Source: the human T2T-CHM13v2.0 reference genome, Homo sapiens. From it: a DNA stretch of 64,000 bases. Below, piece after piece: positions 14,170-26,816 of this stretch. Under the pieces are notes generated by a model. That model saw nothing but the letters and a program-made list of their open reading frames with translations. It did not search any database and had not been told where the DNA came from. Made by a program: the position numbers and the translations under genes. The DNA lies in NCBI RefSeq assembly GCF_009914755.1, contig NC_060932.1; one strand, 5' to 3'. Numbering within the stretch: position 1 is the first letter of the stretch; every line of letters starts with the position of its first letter.

Positions 14170-14490
14170 TATCTTATTTTTAGCAGTGTCTTCACAGATG
14201 TATACAACTGTCACATTTCCAATTATATACCGTAAGTCAATGCAGTTATTTATATATAGATTATTCCTCAATAAAATTAGTAAGGGATTAAAAATATAGG
14301 AGAGACACAATTTTATTTCAATGATGATGTGGAGGAACTGATACAGAGGGAGAGGTCAAAGAACCAGGAAGAAGAGAGGCTAACTAACTGATGGAGCCAG
14401 ATCATGGAACTGTGTGTGGAAGACAGCCAGAGCAGAGGCAAACCAATTCCTCCTAGACAGGAAAACTAGATTGCTTCACTTTGCCTAGGG

Positions 14491-14699
14491 CAGGGTTTCT
14501 CAACTTAGGTTCATTTGACATTTTGGTCCAGATAATTACTTACTTTTGGGGGCTATTTTGTGCATTGTGAGATATTTAGAAACATCCCTGGCCTCTACCT
14601 ACTAGATCCCAGTACCCACCTTCACCCATCTATGACAACCCATAATGCCTTTAGACATTGCCCTGGAGGGGCTCAGTTACACCTGGTTAAGATCTACTG
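14491..14699 (-). mobile_element. MER20 hAT-Charlie MITE
   Basis: cagggtttctcaac...catccctggcctctacctactagat...; 8-bp TSD gcctaggg/gcctagca. Confidence 0.87.
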
Positions 14700-15655
14700 G
14701 CCTAGCAGGCACTGAGAAAGCAGGGATGTTTTGCCAGTAAATACTAATGTGATGGCTTCCACCTTCTCTGGGAAAGAGAAGAGCTCATTTGCTGTCTGAG
14801 AGAGGAGAGAGGCACCAAAGTAGCAAGTTTGAGGAAAACGGAGTAGGTACAAAATATGAGGGGGTGACTCAACTAGGGAAACAGCAAAATAGCCAAAGAA
14901 CATTGAGGGACCAGTTGAAGGTGAAAACACACATCTATACAATTTTTGTTGCAGATTCACTGTCTAACATAGTTTCCCTTTCTCCCTTCTCACCTATTCC
15001 AATATTCCTAAGCAACACTTACTTGGGTTATATATGGCCAAGAAACTTACGTGGTAACTGGGGAGAATTTATGCACCTGTTGCACATCATCTTTTAAAAG
15101 GCAGAGACAAATGACCGTTTTATAATCCCATATCAGGGACCTGTTGTTGCTTTTTAAATATGTTGAATAAGTATAGATTCTACAGCTCTGAATACTTTCT
15201 TGTTTATTAATTACAACAAAAACTTATAATGATATCACTGACTTCTGAATCATTAAAAAAGCCATATGTTGACTATCGTATAAGTAAATGAGTAAAACAG
15301 GCTTAATAACATTTCACATTTTTAAACTGAAACAAATTTTGTTTGAAATCTTTTTACATCTATATCCCATTCCCTATATACTACAGATAATTGAGCTATG
15401 TCTCTATAAAGGAAGATGTTAGAGTCTAATTTACTGTTTGTGCTTTGCATAAATGGGGCATTGTAAAACATTTTTTGAAAGTTCTATGTATCCATCATGG
15501 TGAATGTTAGCACTAAGGAGGTTATGTGCAGAAGGGTTCTACATAAATATCGTTTAATCCCCAATCCAGAAAGGGAAATTGTAAAGCAGGCAACACTTAA
15601 AAATATAATAAGCATGAAAATATAGATAATCTATTTATCTTGTTATTGTTTTTAG

Positions 15656-15783
15656 GATGGCCTTGTGAAAACTGATATGGAGAAATTGACATTTTATGCA
15701 GTATCTGCTCCAGAGAAACTGGATCGAATTGGTTCTTACCTGGCAGAAAGGTTGAGCAGGGATGTTGTCAGACATCGTTCTGG
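15656..15783 (+). CDS. EFR3A: EFR3A exon 3 (128 nt): DGLVKTDMEKLTFYAVSAPEKLDRIGSYLAERLSRDVVRHRS(G)
   Basis: tttttag|GAT ... TGG|gtaagg; phase 0-2. Confidence 0.96.
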
Positions 15784-16554
15784 GTAAGGAAACTAATGGC
15801 TGCTAAAATAGTATCTTTGGAAAATTCTTTCTAGACTTTTAAATCATTCTATAGATTATTTTGCCATTTAGTGAGACAAAGATAATATATAGAGGATAAA
15901 ACATTGTAATATTATACAAAGAAATATATAATACTCCAATAGATGCTGTGGCTTTTATTACTTTCCTGGTGGTCAGGTTTTGTGAGTAGACTATGTTAGT
16001 TAACTGAGTTACTTTTTGCTTGTGTCTATTGATTTTTGAGTCTTTTCTAATGGGAAATAGTAGAAATTGACTCACTTAGTCTATCAGTGCAATACTGTAA
16101 TTTAAAAATCAGTCTCTAAATTGAAAACAAACAGAAAGATCCTGTTAACCAGATCATTTTTTTTCACACAGCTTCAGTTTTACCTCTCGGAGGAGTAATA
16201 AGAGAGAACCGTGTTAGGCTTAGATATCAAGGCCCAGGAAATTCAAGCATGCTGATTTGGAACTGTGCTAGCTATACTCTTACTGATAAATAGAAGTCTA
16301 CCATCCTACTGTATTCTCTGTGCTCAAACAATAATAACTTTGCAATTTGGATTATAAATACTTTTTCATTCTGTCATTTTATGATCCAAGTTTATTGGAG
16401 TATTCTATTCTCCAAGTGATATATTAGCTTTCTGTACCTTTGCGTTGTTACCACTTAGAACATTTTAGTAAGTGATGGCACACATAGCTTTATGGTTGAT
16501 TGTTGAAGGAAAAGTATCCAAAGACTGAATTTTAATTTTGTTTTAAATTTACCC

Positions 16555-16900
16555 TTTAAAAATTGATACATAATATTTTACATATTTATGGAGTACCTGT
16601 GAGTATTTGTCACATGTACAGAATGTGTAAAGATCAAGTCAGGGTATCTGGGCTATCCATCACCTCAATTTATTTATCACTTCTGTGTGTTGGGAACATT
16701 TCAAGTCCTTTTCTAGCTACTCTGAGATATACAGTACATTGTCGCTAACTTTAGTCACCCTACTGTGCTGTTGAACATTAGAACTTATTTCTTTTATCTA
16801 ATTTTGTAAGTTTGTATTCATTAACCAACGTCTCTTCATCCCTCCACACCCTGCCCTCGCAACCGCACTTACATGCCCTTCCTATCCTCTGGTATCTGTC
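16555..16900 (-). mobile_element. L1MA 3' end, antisense
   Basis: attgatacataatattttacatatttatggagtac...tagtcaccctactgtgct. Confidence 0.8.
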
Positions 16901-17393
16901 TGAATTTTAAGTACAAGATGTAAAATCTGATGAATTGTAAAGTAATATTTATGAGATTTTTAAAATAATATTATGTTGCTGATAGTGTTTTATCTACTCA
17001 TATTTAGACATATAAGTAGATTATATTGGAAATTGTCACATTAATAATTATTTTGGGTCAGATACAAGTAAATATGGTTAAAAGTCTGGAAAATAGAAAA
17101 TGTCCATATTTACAAAGAAAAATATACACAAAGTTAATGTTAAGCTCACATAGTTAAGGAGAAAATGGGGGAATACAGTGTATATTTTCTGTATACTTCG
17201 ATAAAAGGATTATTTTATAACCTACAAGATATTAGTGCTGTGTGAGAATTAAGATTTTACTTAGGAGTTACTAAATTTGCATTTCTTTCTTTGGTGTATT
17301 TCAATAGACTTATTTCAGTTCTTCCAATGTAAAGCACTTAGGAGAATTAAGAGAGGTAGAAATGCTTTGACATTCTTTTTCTCCTACATGTAG

Positions 17394-17544
17394 GTATGTT
17401 TTGATTGCTATGGAGGCACTGGACCAACTTCTCATGGCTTGCCATTCTCAAAGCATTAAGCCATTTGTAGAAAGCTTTCTTCATATGGTGGCAAAGCTGC
17501 TGGAATCGGGGGAACCAAAGCTTCAAGTTCTTGGAACAAATTCT
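17394..17544 (+). CDS. EFR3A: EFR3A exon 4 (151 nt): YVLIAMEALDQLLMACHSQSIKPFVESFLHMVAKLLESGEPKLQVLGTNS
   Basis: atgtag|G ... TCT|gtgagt; phase 2-0; overlaps ORF 17401..17616. Confidence 0.96.
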
Positions 17545-17864
17545 GTGAGTAAAACTATTCTGTTACTAAATGTATGCTTAATTAGCATATCTAGAATTAA
17601 TTACTTCTTAGAATGACTTTACCTGGTAAAGGCAAATTCCCTGAATAGGGCATTTGAACAGTCAACACAAATTAAGATAATTAGAATACTTTGCCTCTCA
17701 GTTTTTCTGCTGTTTCTTGTGAAATCTGTGGTATTAACTAATCATAATAGAATGTCTGCATGTAAATGAATGCATACTTGTCATTTTTATTTTCTCTTGG
17801 TCTTTTATTGCAACACTAACTTTGTGTCCTACATTCCTTTTGAGTTTCATGCCTTTTCATTAAT

Positions 17865-18790
17865 TAAGGTTGTTTCCATTTTTATGGCTAGTATGAATAA
17901 TGCTGCTATGAAGATTTGTGTACAGGTTTTTGTGTGGATGTATGTTTTTCATTCTCTTGGGTATATACTTAGTAGTGTAATTGCTGAGTCATGTAGTAAC
18001 TGTGTTTAACTGTTTTCCAAAGTGGTTGCATTATTTTACATTCCCACCACCAACATATGAGTGTTGTTTCTCCACATCCTCATCAGTACTTGTTATTGTC
18101 TATCTTTTTTTATTTTAAGCATCCTAGAGCGTCTGAAGTGGTATCTCATTGTGGTTTTGATTTTCATTTCCCTAATGATTAATGGTAAAACTCTGCACGT
18201 GTTCGTTGACTATTGGGTATATTTTCTTTGGAGAAATGTCTATTCAAATCCTTTCCCTCCTTTTTTCAATTGTCTTTTTATTGTTGAGTTGTAAAAGTTC
18301 TTTATATATTCTTGATAAGAGTACTTTATCAGATATATGATTTGCAGATATCTTCTCCATTTCTATGGTTTTGTCTTTTCACTTTCTTCATGGTATGCTT
18401 TGAGTCACTAAAGTTTTGATTTTGATGAAGTCCAGTTCCTTTTTTTTTTTTCCTTTTGTTGTTGGTGTGTAATGTGTGTTTGGGGGGTGGTGGACAGGTA
18501 TGCTTTCAGTTTCATATCTAAGAAACTATTGCCTAATCCAACATCAGAAAGGTTTACTCCTATAGTTTCTTCTAAGAGTTTTACAGTTTAAGTTTGTATT
18601 TAATAATCCATTTTGAGTTAGCTTTTGTATGTGATGTGAATTCAGCATTCAACTTTATCCACATTTTGCATGTGGATATTTAACTATGCCATTACTATCT
18701 GTTGAAAAGGCTATTCTTTCCCTTTGAATGGTCTTGGCAGTCTTTTAAAAATAAATTTACCATAAAAGTTAAGGGTTTATATGTTTATTC
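17865..18790 (-). mobile_element. L1M (L1MB-like) ORF2 end and 3' fragment, antisense
   Basis: gaataatgctgctatgaa, ttccaaagtggttgc, gtggtatctcattgtggttttg, ttggagaaatgtctattcaaatcc. Confidence 0.85.
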
Positions 18791-19089
18791 TTTTTTAGAC
18801 TGCTTCTGAACTATTTCTGCTCACCACATTCATTTTCTTCTATCTTGAACCATTGTCCCTTAAAATAAGTTTGGGAAAGCATACCTACTTTAAAAAGAAA
18901 ATAGTGATAATATTTTTTCTCTTGTCTTTAGTTTCATTGTATCACCTTCAGTCTTTCAGTTCCAACTTCTTCTCTGAGAAGCTTTAAGGCATTCAACCTA
19001 CATGAATACTGTATGTTTCCATTCAGAGTTTTAATAAAAAAAATCATATATTACCTGCTATTGTTTATGGATAATTGTTTTCTGGTATA

Positions 19090-19330
19090 GGAAGAGGAAG
19101 TATACGAGGTGCTGACAGTGTGGATTCCAGAGTCTGACTACCCCAGTTTTGAACTACGCCTGTACCGCTTTCTAGCTGTATACCTTGAGCAAGTTATTTA
19201 TTCTCTCCTTGCCTCGGTTTTTCATCTGTGAAATGAGGAGAATGAGAATACCAATCTCACAGGATTGTTGTGTGACATGAGTTGATATATATGATGCTCT
19301 TGGAAGAGTGCATGGCACTGTTAGTTATTA
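19090..19330 (+). mobile_element. MIR
   Basis: ctagctgtataccttgagcaagttattt...gcctcggtttttcatctgtgaaatgagg. Confidence 0.8.
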
Positions 19331-20419
19331 CTGGTAGTAAGAGCGTTAAATAAACCCTCATTCAAAACTCTTAATATGATTTTTATCACTTACTTCAGCA
19401 GGAATATATTGGGTATTTCCAAGTGCATTTAGATGATGTGACAAGCTTAGTTTCAGGCAAGGTAGCTACTTAGGCTTCTCCTGTTTTGTTTACATTAGGT
19501 GAGGAATGTTTTGGGAAAGTGGCTTACTAGCTAGGGGGAGAATTTTAGTATACATTTCCGGAAATTTCTTTACTTTCACCCAGCAATGCCATTAGATTGT
19601 TTTAGTGAGTCATTTGGGCAAAAGACAAAATTCTCCAGTTACCTACCTTAATTTGAGTGAATTTTATTAAATGAAATGCCATGTTATCTTGACCAACATT
19701 AATTACCTAGTATTTCCTGGTGGTCTAATTTTCTTAGTGGTGCTGAGTGCCTTATGTTGTCAAACATGACCAGTGCTAATTTAAAATTTATTAATGATGT
19801 TCGTACGGTTTAATTTGTTGACATTTTCCTCTTCATGCTAATGCCAACTCAATATGACAGTAATAGATGCAATGTATTTCGGTTCTCCTTTGTTTCAGAA
19901 ATTGTGCTAGATACTTTTTATTTTTACCTCTTTTTTATTGTAAAGTGTTTCAAATATAGAAAAGTGTGGAGCATAATATAGTATAGCTATATACCTACTG
20001 ATTCAAGAAAGAAAAATACTAAATAATATCAATAAATGATAATATAATTTTTGTTATAAATAATACATAATGGTAATACATGTTAATACTATGCAACATT
20101 GGTTCATGTTCTTTAAAAGAAATAATACAGTATATGCTAGATATTTTACATATATTAATTATGTCATGATTCTCAACCCTTCAAGCTTAGAAATATTATT
20201 TTCATTTTATAGATGAGGAATTACAGCTAAATAACTTGTCCAAAGACACAGTGAAGTAATGCTGTATATAATAGGAGGATTCAATCTTAGGCCTTTCTTA
20301 ATTCGAAGCTTGTGTTCTTTGTACAATGATAAATACACTGTCATTATTATGGATTAAGATTTAGGGAAAGCACAGATTATGTTTTTTTCTTCCTCTTGTT
20401 TTCTAAAAGTTTATTATTA

Positions 20420-20730
<311 letters not shown>

Positions 20731-20879
20731 AAAGTTTCTTCTGTATTAATGTTGTATTTGATGTTTTGTTTGTTACTTATTTTTATATTGCTTGTTAATA
20801 TGACAGTGTATGAAATTAAATGTATTTGGTTCACACTTCTGAAGAAGGTGAAGTATATTATATTATTTGTGTTTTTTAG

Positions 20880-21001
20880 TTTGTCAAATTTGCAAATATT
20901 GAAGAAGACACACCATCCTATCACAGACGTTATGACTTTTTTGTGTCTCGATTCAGTGCCATGTGCCATTCCTGTCATAGTGATCCAGAAATACGAACAG
21001 A
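20880..21001 (+). CDS. EFR3A: EFR3A exon 5 (122 nt): FVKFANIEEDTPSYHRRYDFFVSRFSAMCHSCHSDPEIRT(E)
   Basis: ttttttag|TTT ... AGA|gtatgt; phase 0-2. Confidence 0.95.
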
Positions 21002-21169
21002 GTATGTATTATTTTACTTTATGATCTATAGTAAGTAATTTAGAGATTAATATTGTGTTCATATGTTACATAATGATTACCAGAGGAAACAATAATATGC
21101 CTGAAATACGGCTTTCCATTGCTGTTAGAAGCTATAATTGCTGACTGAAGTAGCAAAATGAGAATGGTT

Positions 21170-21680
21170 TTCCAGCTCACTAAAATGCGGTCTTTACTGT
21201 AGCCTAGAATGTCTCTTCATGCCCTGCTTACTCTGTCAGATCCTGTCCTTCTATCATTTCTTCCTACCTTCACTCTAATCCTGCCATGTGGATCTCCTTG
21301 CCATTTCTTGAATACTTTAGTCACACCTCTCCTCAGGCCCTTTGGACACATTGGTCTTTGTGCACAGAACAATTCCCTGGATGCCCACATGGCTCGTTAC
21401 CTAACTTTGTTCAGATTTCTGCTCAAATGACACCTTATCACAAGAACCCTCCCCAGCCACCCTTTATTAAATGTCACCTCTCTCATTCTACCCCTAGCTA
21501 TCTTTATCTTCTTATCATGTATCTCCTTGTTTCTTGCTCCTCTATGGAATATAAATTCCAGGAGCGTGAGGACTTTGGTTTGAGGACTGCAGTATCGCGA
21601 ATACTTTGAATAGTGCCTGGTACATAGTAGGCTCTCAGTTAGTACTTTTTGAGTGAATAAGTAGATAAATTGAATGAATG
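21170..21680 (+). mobile_element. L2 3' portion (approximate)
   Basis: ctgctcaaatgacacctt...tagtgcctggtacatagtaggctctcag...tgaatgaatg. Confidence 0.75.
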
Positions 21681-23044
21681 TATATTACTGAATCACTATC
21701 CATCTGAGGTTGTCATGACAACTGTCTTGGACATTTTTAAACATTTCTTCTGGATATATCCTACTAAAAATCTGGAATCAAATATTTTATAAACTCAACT
21801 ATAGGTTGATAGAATGAGACATACAGAAATGAGAAACTTTAAAGTTAAGAAAGTCAAAATGACTTTAGGAAATATAGAAAGTAATTGGAGCATTACTATC
21901 TACACCTAAAAAACAAGAAATCAACCCGGATTTAGAGTTACTGTGGGCAGTTGATAAGATATAGCATGCTTTATAACTTTTACTTTTATTTTAAGATAAT
22001 TAAAGGAATGTACAGAAATATAACTAGGTTTTAGTTAAAGTATGCAAGCTACAGTGCTGGTTTACATGAAACAAAAACAAGTATAAATGTTATTTTAACT
22101 TGGAGAAAGAAAGCTTAAAGGTGATTAAATAGTTATTTTCAGGTATAAGATTTGTTTTTGTCTGTGATGCTGCTGGTATGATTTTTGCTCAGTAGAGTAT
22201 AGGCCATTTAGAGTCCTGCTATTATTCCTTTATTATGAAGTGTAAAGCCTTCTCAGAGGTAAAAAATACTATAATTACCTTACAATAATTAGTTTTCTAT
22301 TTGTCTCCATCACCAGGAAAATTAATTTTTCTCTCTCTAAAGGATATCTTAAATGTTTATGAGACTATTCTCTGTCTTCAGAGGCTGATAATAAGTTTTT
22401 AATGGGGCAAAAAGATACAAAGATTAGCTAAAGAAAATGGCAATTTTTTCAAGATTTTAACGTTTTTGCTTTCTTTCAAAATATAGAAAATATCTGGAAT
22501 GTAGTACGATTTTCTAAGTATTTATCATCCCCTAGTGAAATATCTTGTCTTTTGAATATATTTTTACCTGTTCTTCATTACTGCTTCCAAAAAGAAACTT
22601 TGACATTTTCTGTAAACCAATGAAAGGACTTATAGTACAATTTGCTAACTCTAGGTCTTTCCAATATTATATCATATTTGAAGTTCCATAATGCCAACAT
22701 TTTATTTGAATTCCTGTAAAACAAATGAGTAAATTAAAATGCTATTTAATATAAAATACTTAGTTTGATTATTTCTGCTTTAACTTAAATAAAAGCCCTT
22801 TTGATTCTCTTTAAGTATATTTATATTCTATTTTAAGTTCTAACTTAGAGAAATCATCAGTCCCTTTATTTTTTTACCAAGCTGTTACCAAATAGAACTC
22901 CAGGGGACATGGACAGTAGGAGATGGGGCTGGTAAATGTTAGGATTTTCTTATTTTCCTTGAAGAACTGGCTCCCACTTGTAGAGTCATGCATCACAATC
23001 TTTAACTCTAATTTTCTGAAGAAACTTCAGCTGTGGTAGAAATT

Positions 23045-23068
23045 ACCACCACCACCACCACCACCACC
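23045..23068. repeat. (ACC)8 trinucleotide microsatellite at a MIR tail
   Basis: accaccaccaccaccaccaccacc followed by degenerate (CAT)n. Confidence 0.9.
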
Positions 23069-24728
23069 ATCATTGTCATCATCCTCGTCGTGGTTAGCAA
23101 CAAACAGGAACAGCTAACACTGAGTGCTTTCTGTGTGCCAGTTATTGTTTAACCACTTTACATGAATTAACTCATTTAAATTGTTCAACATTTCTATGCT
23201 GTAGATGTGACAGTTGTTCTATTTTACTGATGGGAAACTGTAGAATTCGTTTTGGGGGGTCATGGCTAGAATGTACTGATTAGTCTAGATGTTAGATCTG
23301 AATTGGATGAAGCTGTGTAGCTATAGTAGCTATTGGTAGTTACCACCAACACTGCCCTTTAACCTTGAGCAAGGGCACCGCTATCTGCTGCTGCACCATT
23401 TAGGCTGCTGTCTCACAAGGCATGATAAAAGTTTCATCTTGTTTGTTAATGTGCTCCATGCCACCTTGTGCTTGGCCTTCTCATCACCCAAGGTGTAGCA
23501 GCAGGTATGTAAAGCAGGCACCTTGTGTAGGAATGTTAGGCTTGCCCACTGTGATAGCTGCACGAGAATCTCTCAAGACTCTTTATGTTTTAAAAAGCAG
23601 CATGTATAGACACGGCTTTGAAATAGGCAAAATTTGCCTTTGTGTCTTCCAATTCATTTTTCTCACCTGTTCAGTATCATATTACTGCCACCTCCCATTG
23701 TCCATCTGCTACTCCTGAATGCCTGCATTATTTTGCCATGGAGATGTAAAGCAATGTCACCTCCCTCCCCATATCTTCTATTCTTTAAACCTATTTACAG
23801 TTTTTAGAAGACAATGCTAGGTAAACTGAATAAACAACTAATTGGTGAGTATTTTAGATAGCAGAAAGAAAGGAAGTAAATAGCCATCATATTTGACCAG
23901 AAGGAAAATGTTTTGAGACTCATTGGGCCACCAAGTTAGCTCTGCTTGAGACTTTGTTCTTTTGCAGTTTTTAGAAACTGTTTTCTAGTCACTTTTCTTC
24001 TCATTCTTGAACCTATAGATTTTTATTTTCTTTTGCTTTTTTAAAGAAGTGTAAGGAAGAGCTTGAGGAGGTTTGGTGCTCTGATCTGGGATGGGAGGAT
24101 AAGGCAGCATTCTCTCACTATTATATTGATACATTTTAAGTCACATTATCAGATTATTATATGATAATGTATATGTGTTTATAGACATATTTGTATATAT
24201 ATTGCTGAGGTTATCTCTGCTCCATTTCGATAGTTCTTATTTGTAATACCTTTTAAAAGAACCAGCTTAGTCTTCTATCTAGGTAGTCAAAGGGAGTTGA
24301 AGGGCTGTTAGGGAGGAACAGTGAGAGAAGTCTGAAGAAGCATGAAGGGTGTTCAGAACAGTGAAATCCTGTTTTCACTCAGCTCTTAAGACTTCTAGGT
24401 AAGAAATGGAGTATCATTATCATTTTAAGAAAACCTATGCTGTTGATTTTTTAAAATTGAAAAATAGATATTTCTGTATTTTATAGTCCTTTTAACGTTT
24501 TAAATGCGGATTTTAAGAACATGATATTTGAAGTAAGCCTTTTTGCGGCACATCTCCATGTCTCTTAAATTTTTGAGATTTACTTTCTTAGACTTGTGTG
24601 TTATTTTAAGATATTTTATTGATAAGATAACAGTATTTACTTGATATCCATTCTCTTAGCTACGCAAACAGTCTTGTTTAAATAATTTTTTCATGGCTCA
24701 TTTTCTTCCTTTTTTTTTTTTTTTATAG

Positions 24729-24878
24729 GATACGAATTGCTGGAATTAGAGGTATTCAAGGTGTGGTTCGCAAAACAGTCAACGATGAACTTCGGGCCAC
24801 CATTTGGGAACCTCAGCATATGGATAAGATTGTTCCATCCCTCCTGTTTAACATGCAAAAGATAGAAGAAGTTGACAG
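24729..24878 (+). CDS. EFR3A: EFR3A exon 6 (150 nt): IRIAGIRGIQGVVRKTVNDELRATIWEPQHMDKIVPSLLFNMQKIEEVD(S)
   Basis: poly-T atag|G ... CAG|gtattt; phase 2-2. Confidence 0.96.
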
Positions 24879-26678
24879 GTATTTAAAAAAATATTAGTGT
24901 TGAGACAGTGTTACTTTTATATATATGTATGTGTGTTTCCTAGGATAAGAATGTTTTGTCTTTAGTACTCTGTAAACAGTAGTCTCGTAAAGTTAAGTGA
25001 GTTTAAAAATATGTACCTTTCTGAAAAAATTTTTACTCTGTAGTGATCACATTAGGCTTAGCAGACTACAGATTATTATTCATACACTTAAGCCTTTATT
25101 TTCTTTTAGAATAAGTTTACAGTTTATTTGCCACCAACTATTGAATATCCAAATTGCTGTTTTAATGGATACTACTTAAAGTTGCAAATGTGAGAAACAG
25201 AAATTATAGCTCTACTTTTGTTAATATAAAAGATCCAGCATACTTTTGCACAGGGAGTTAGAACTAACCAAAATAATAATGATAATGATAATAATAGCTA
25301 CCCACACTGTATTTTATTTTTTCAACAAATGGTTAGATACTGTTCATATTTGATTTGTCCTAAGATGTTTTGGAACTGAATATTGTTTTAGGATATAGGC
25401 TTATTTTTTCTTTTTCCTCTACAACATTCACTTGCAGTTAGAATTCTGTACTTTATTCCACTTTTTCAAATACTAGAAGCATGCTTATCCCCCACATTTC
25501 TGTTGCCATACACAGAGATAATAAGTTAATAATAAATAAATAGTGAAATATTTATTATAAATAATATTTTAAATATTTAATATAAATAATAAATTAATAT
25601 TTCAGAAGCAGTATTCTCCAATGGCTTATTATCCTGACTTTCCTGATTCTTGCAGTTTGAAGAGGAAAATTGGAATCAAATTTAAAAGTGATTCAATTCT
25701 ATAGTTCTAAATTTAAATTTTATTTATGATTTTAGTGATTATATGTGTAATAGCAGCATAAAAGTAGTCTAGAAATGAGATGTAATTGATAACTCTATGG
25801 TAACACACGTTCATGTTAACTTACACTAATTACAGAAAGGATTCATGCTTAATTCCTTAGATGTGACTGTCTCCAGCTTTGGGAACCTTTCCTAAAATGT
25901 GAAACTTGATGTATTTTAGCACTATCTGTATTTTTCCTATTCTTGGCACTGTAGCTGAGGTGAAAGTTTCCTTATCTAAAATATTTACTATTTAAAGGAT
26001 CACTAGCTAGTTGGGAACCCATTTTCCATAATTACGGCTCTTGAGGTCCAGGATTAGCATAAGTAATATACCAGAAACAAAGCTCATTGGTTATCAGTTC
26101 TTAAGAAATTACATTTTTTCATGATATAATCCCCGTGCCACATATACATTTTTAGAATTATTATTCATAAATTCATTAGCCTAAAATAATGTTTCAGGAT
26201 ATGAACAGAATATTGTCTGCTGAAGACAGCTACGTATACAGATATTCTAGTTAGCTTTTAAATTTTATTTTTTATTTACAGGCTAGGTCATAGTTTTTCA
26301 CTTTATTTTTGCCCATTTACAGTTAAATTAAGGATACCTAAAGATGGTCTCTGGGCCCTGTGTTCTTACTAAGATTTTGCTATAAATATAGAAAAGTTGA
26401 ATGAAAGTGAAAGCAAGCTGCTGAGTATTTTAGTTATACATAAAAGACATTCTGTTAGCTAGAAACAATTTGCACAGCCAAGTTTATTTCTTCAATTTGA
26501 AAGAGTGTATGATTCATTTTGGTGGTGTTAAATTCATGAAATTAGAATTAAGCTATATATTTTCTGGAGTATAAAAAGAAAATGCCATTTTAACATTTCT
26601 AAAAAGTAAAGTATATTTTGTTTATTAGAACTGATATTAAAATTCTTGTGTTTTTCTTTATTTCTCGTTCCTTTTTAG

Positions 26679-26816
26679 TCGCATAGGCCCTCCTTCTTCT
26701 CCTTCTGCAACTGACAAAGAAGAGAATCCTGCTGTGCTGGCTGAAAACTGTTTCAGAGAACTGCTGGGTCGAGCAACTTTTGGGAATATGAATAATGCTG
26801 TTAGACCAGTTTTTGC
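26679..26816 (+). CDS. EFR3A: EFR3A exon 7 (138 nt): RIGPPSSPSATDKEENPAVLAENCFRELLGRATFGNMNNAVRPVF(A)
   Basis: ctttttag|T ... TGC|gtaagt; phase 2-2. Confidence 0.96.

Noticed and set aside
25520-25602. Nearly pure A/T quasi-palindrome
   Set aside because: Low complexity with short imperfect arms; not a true PATRR
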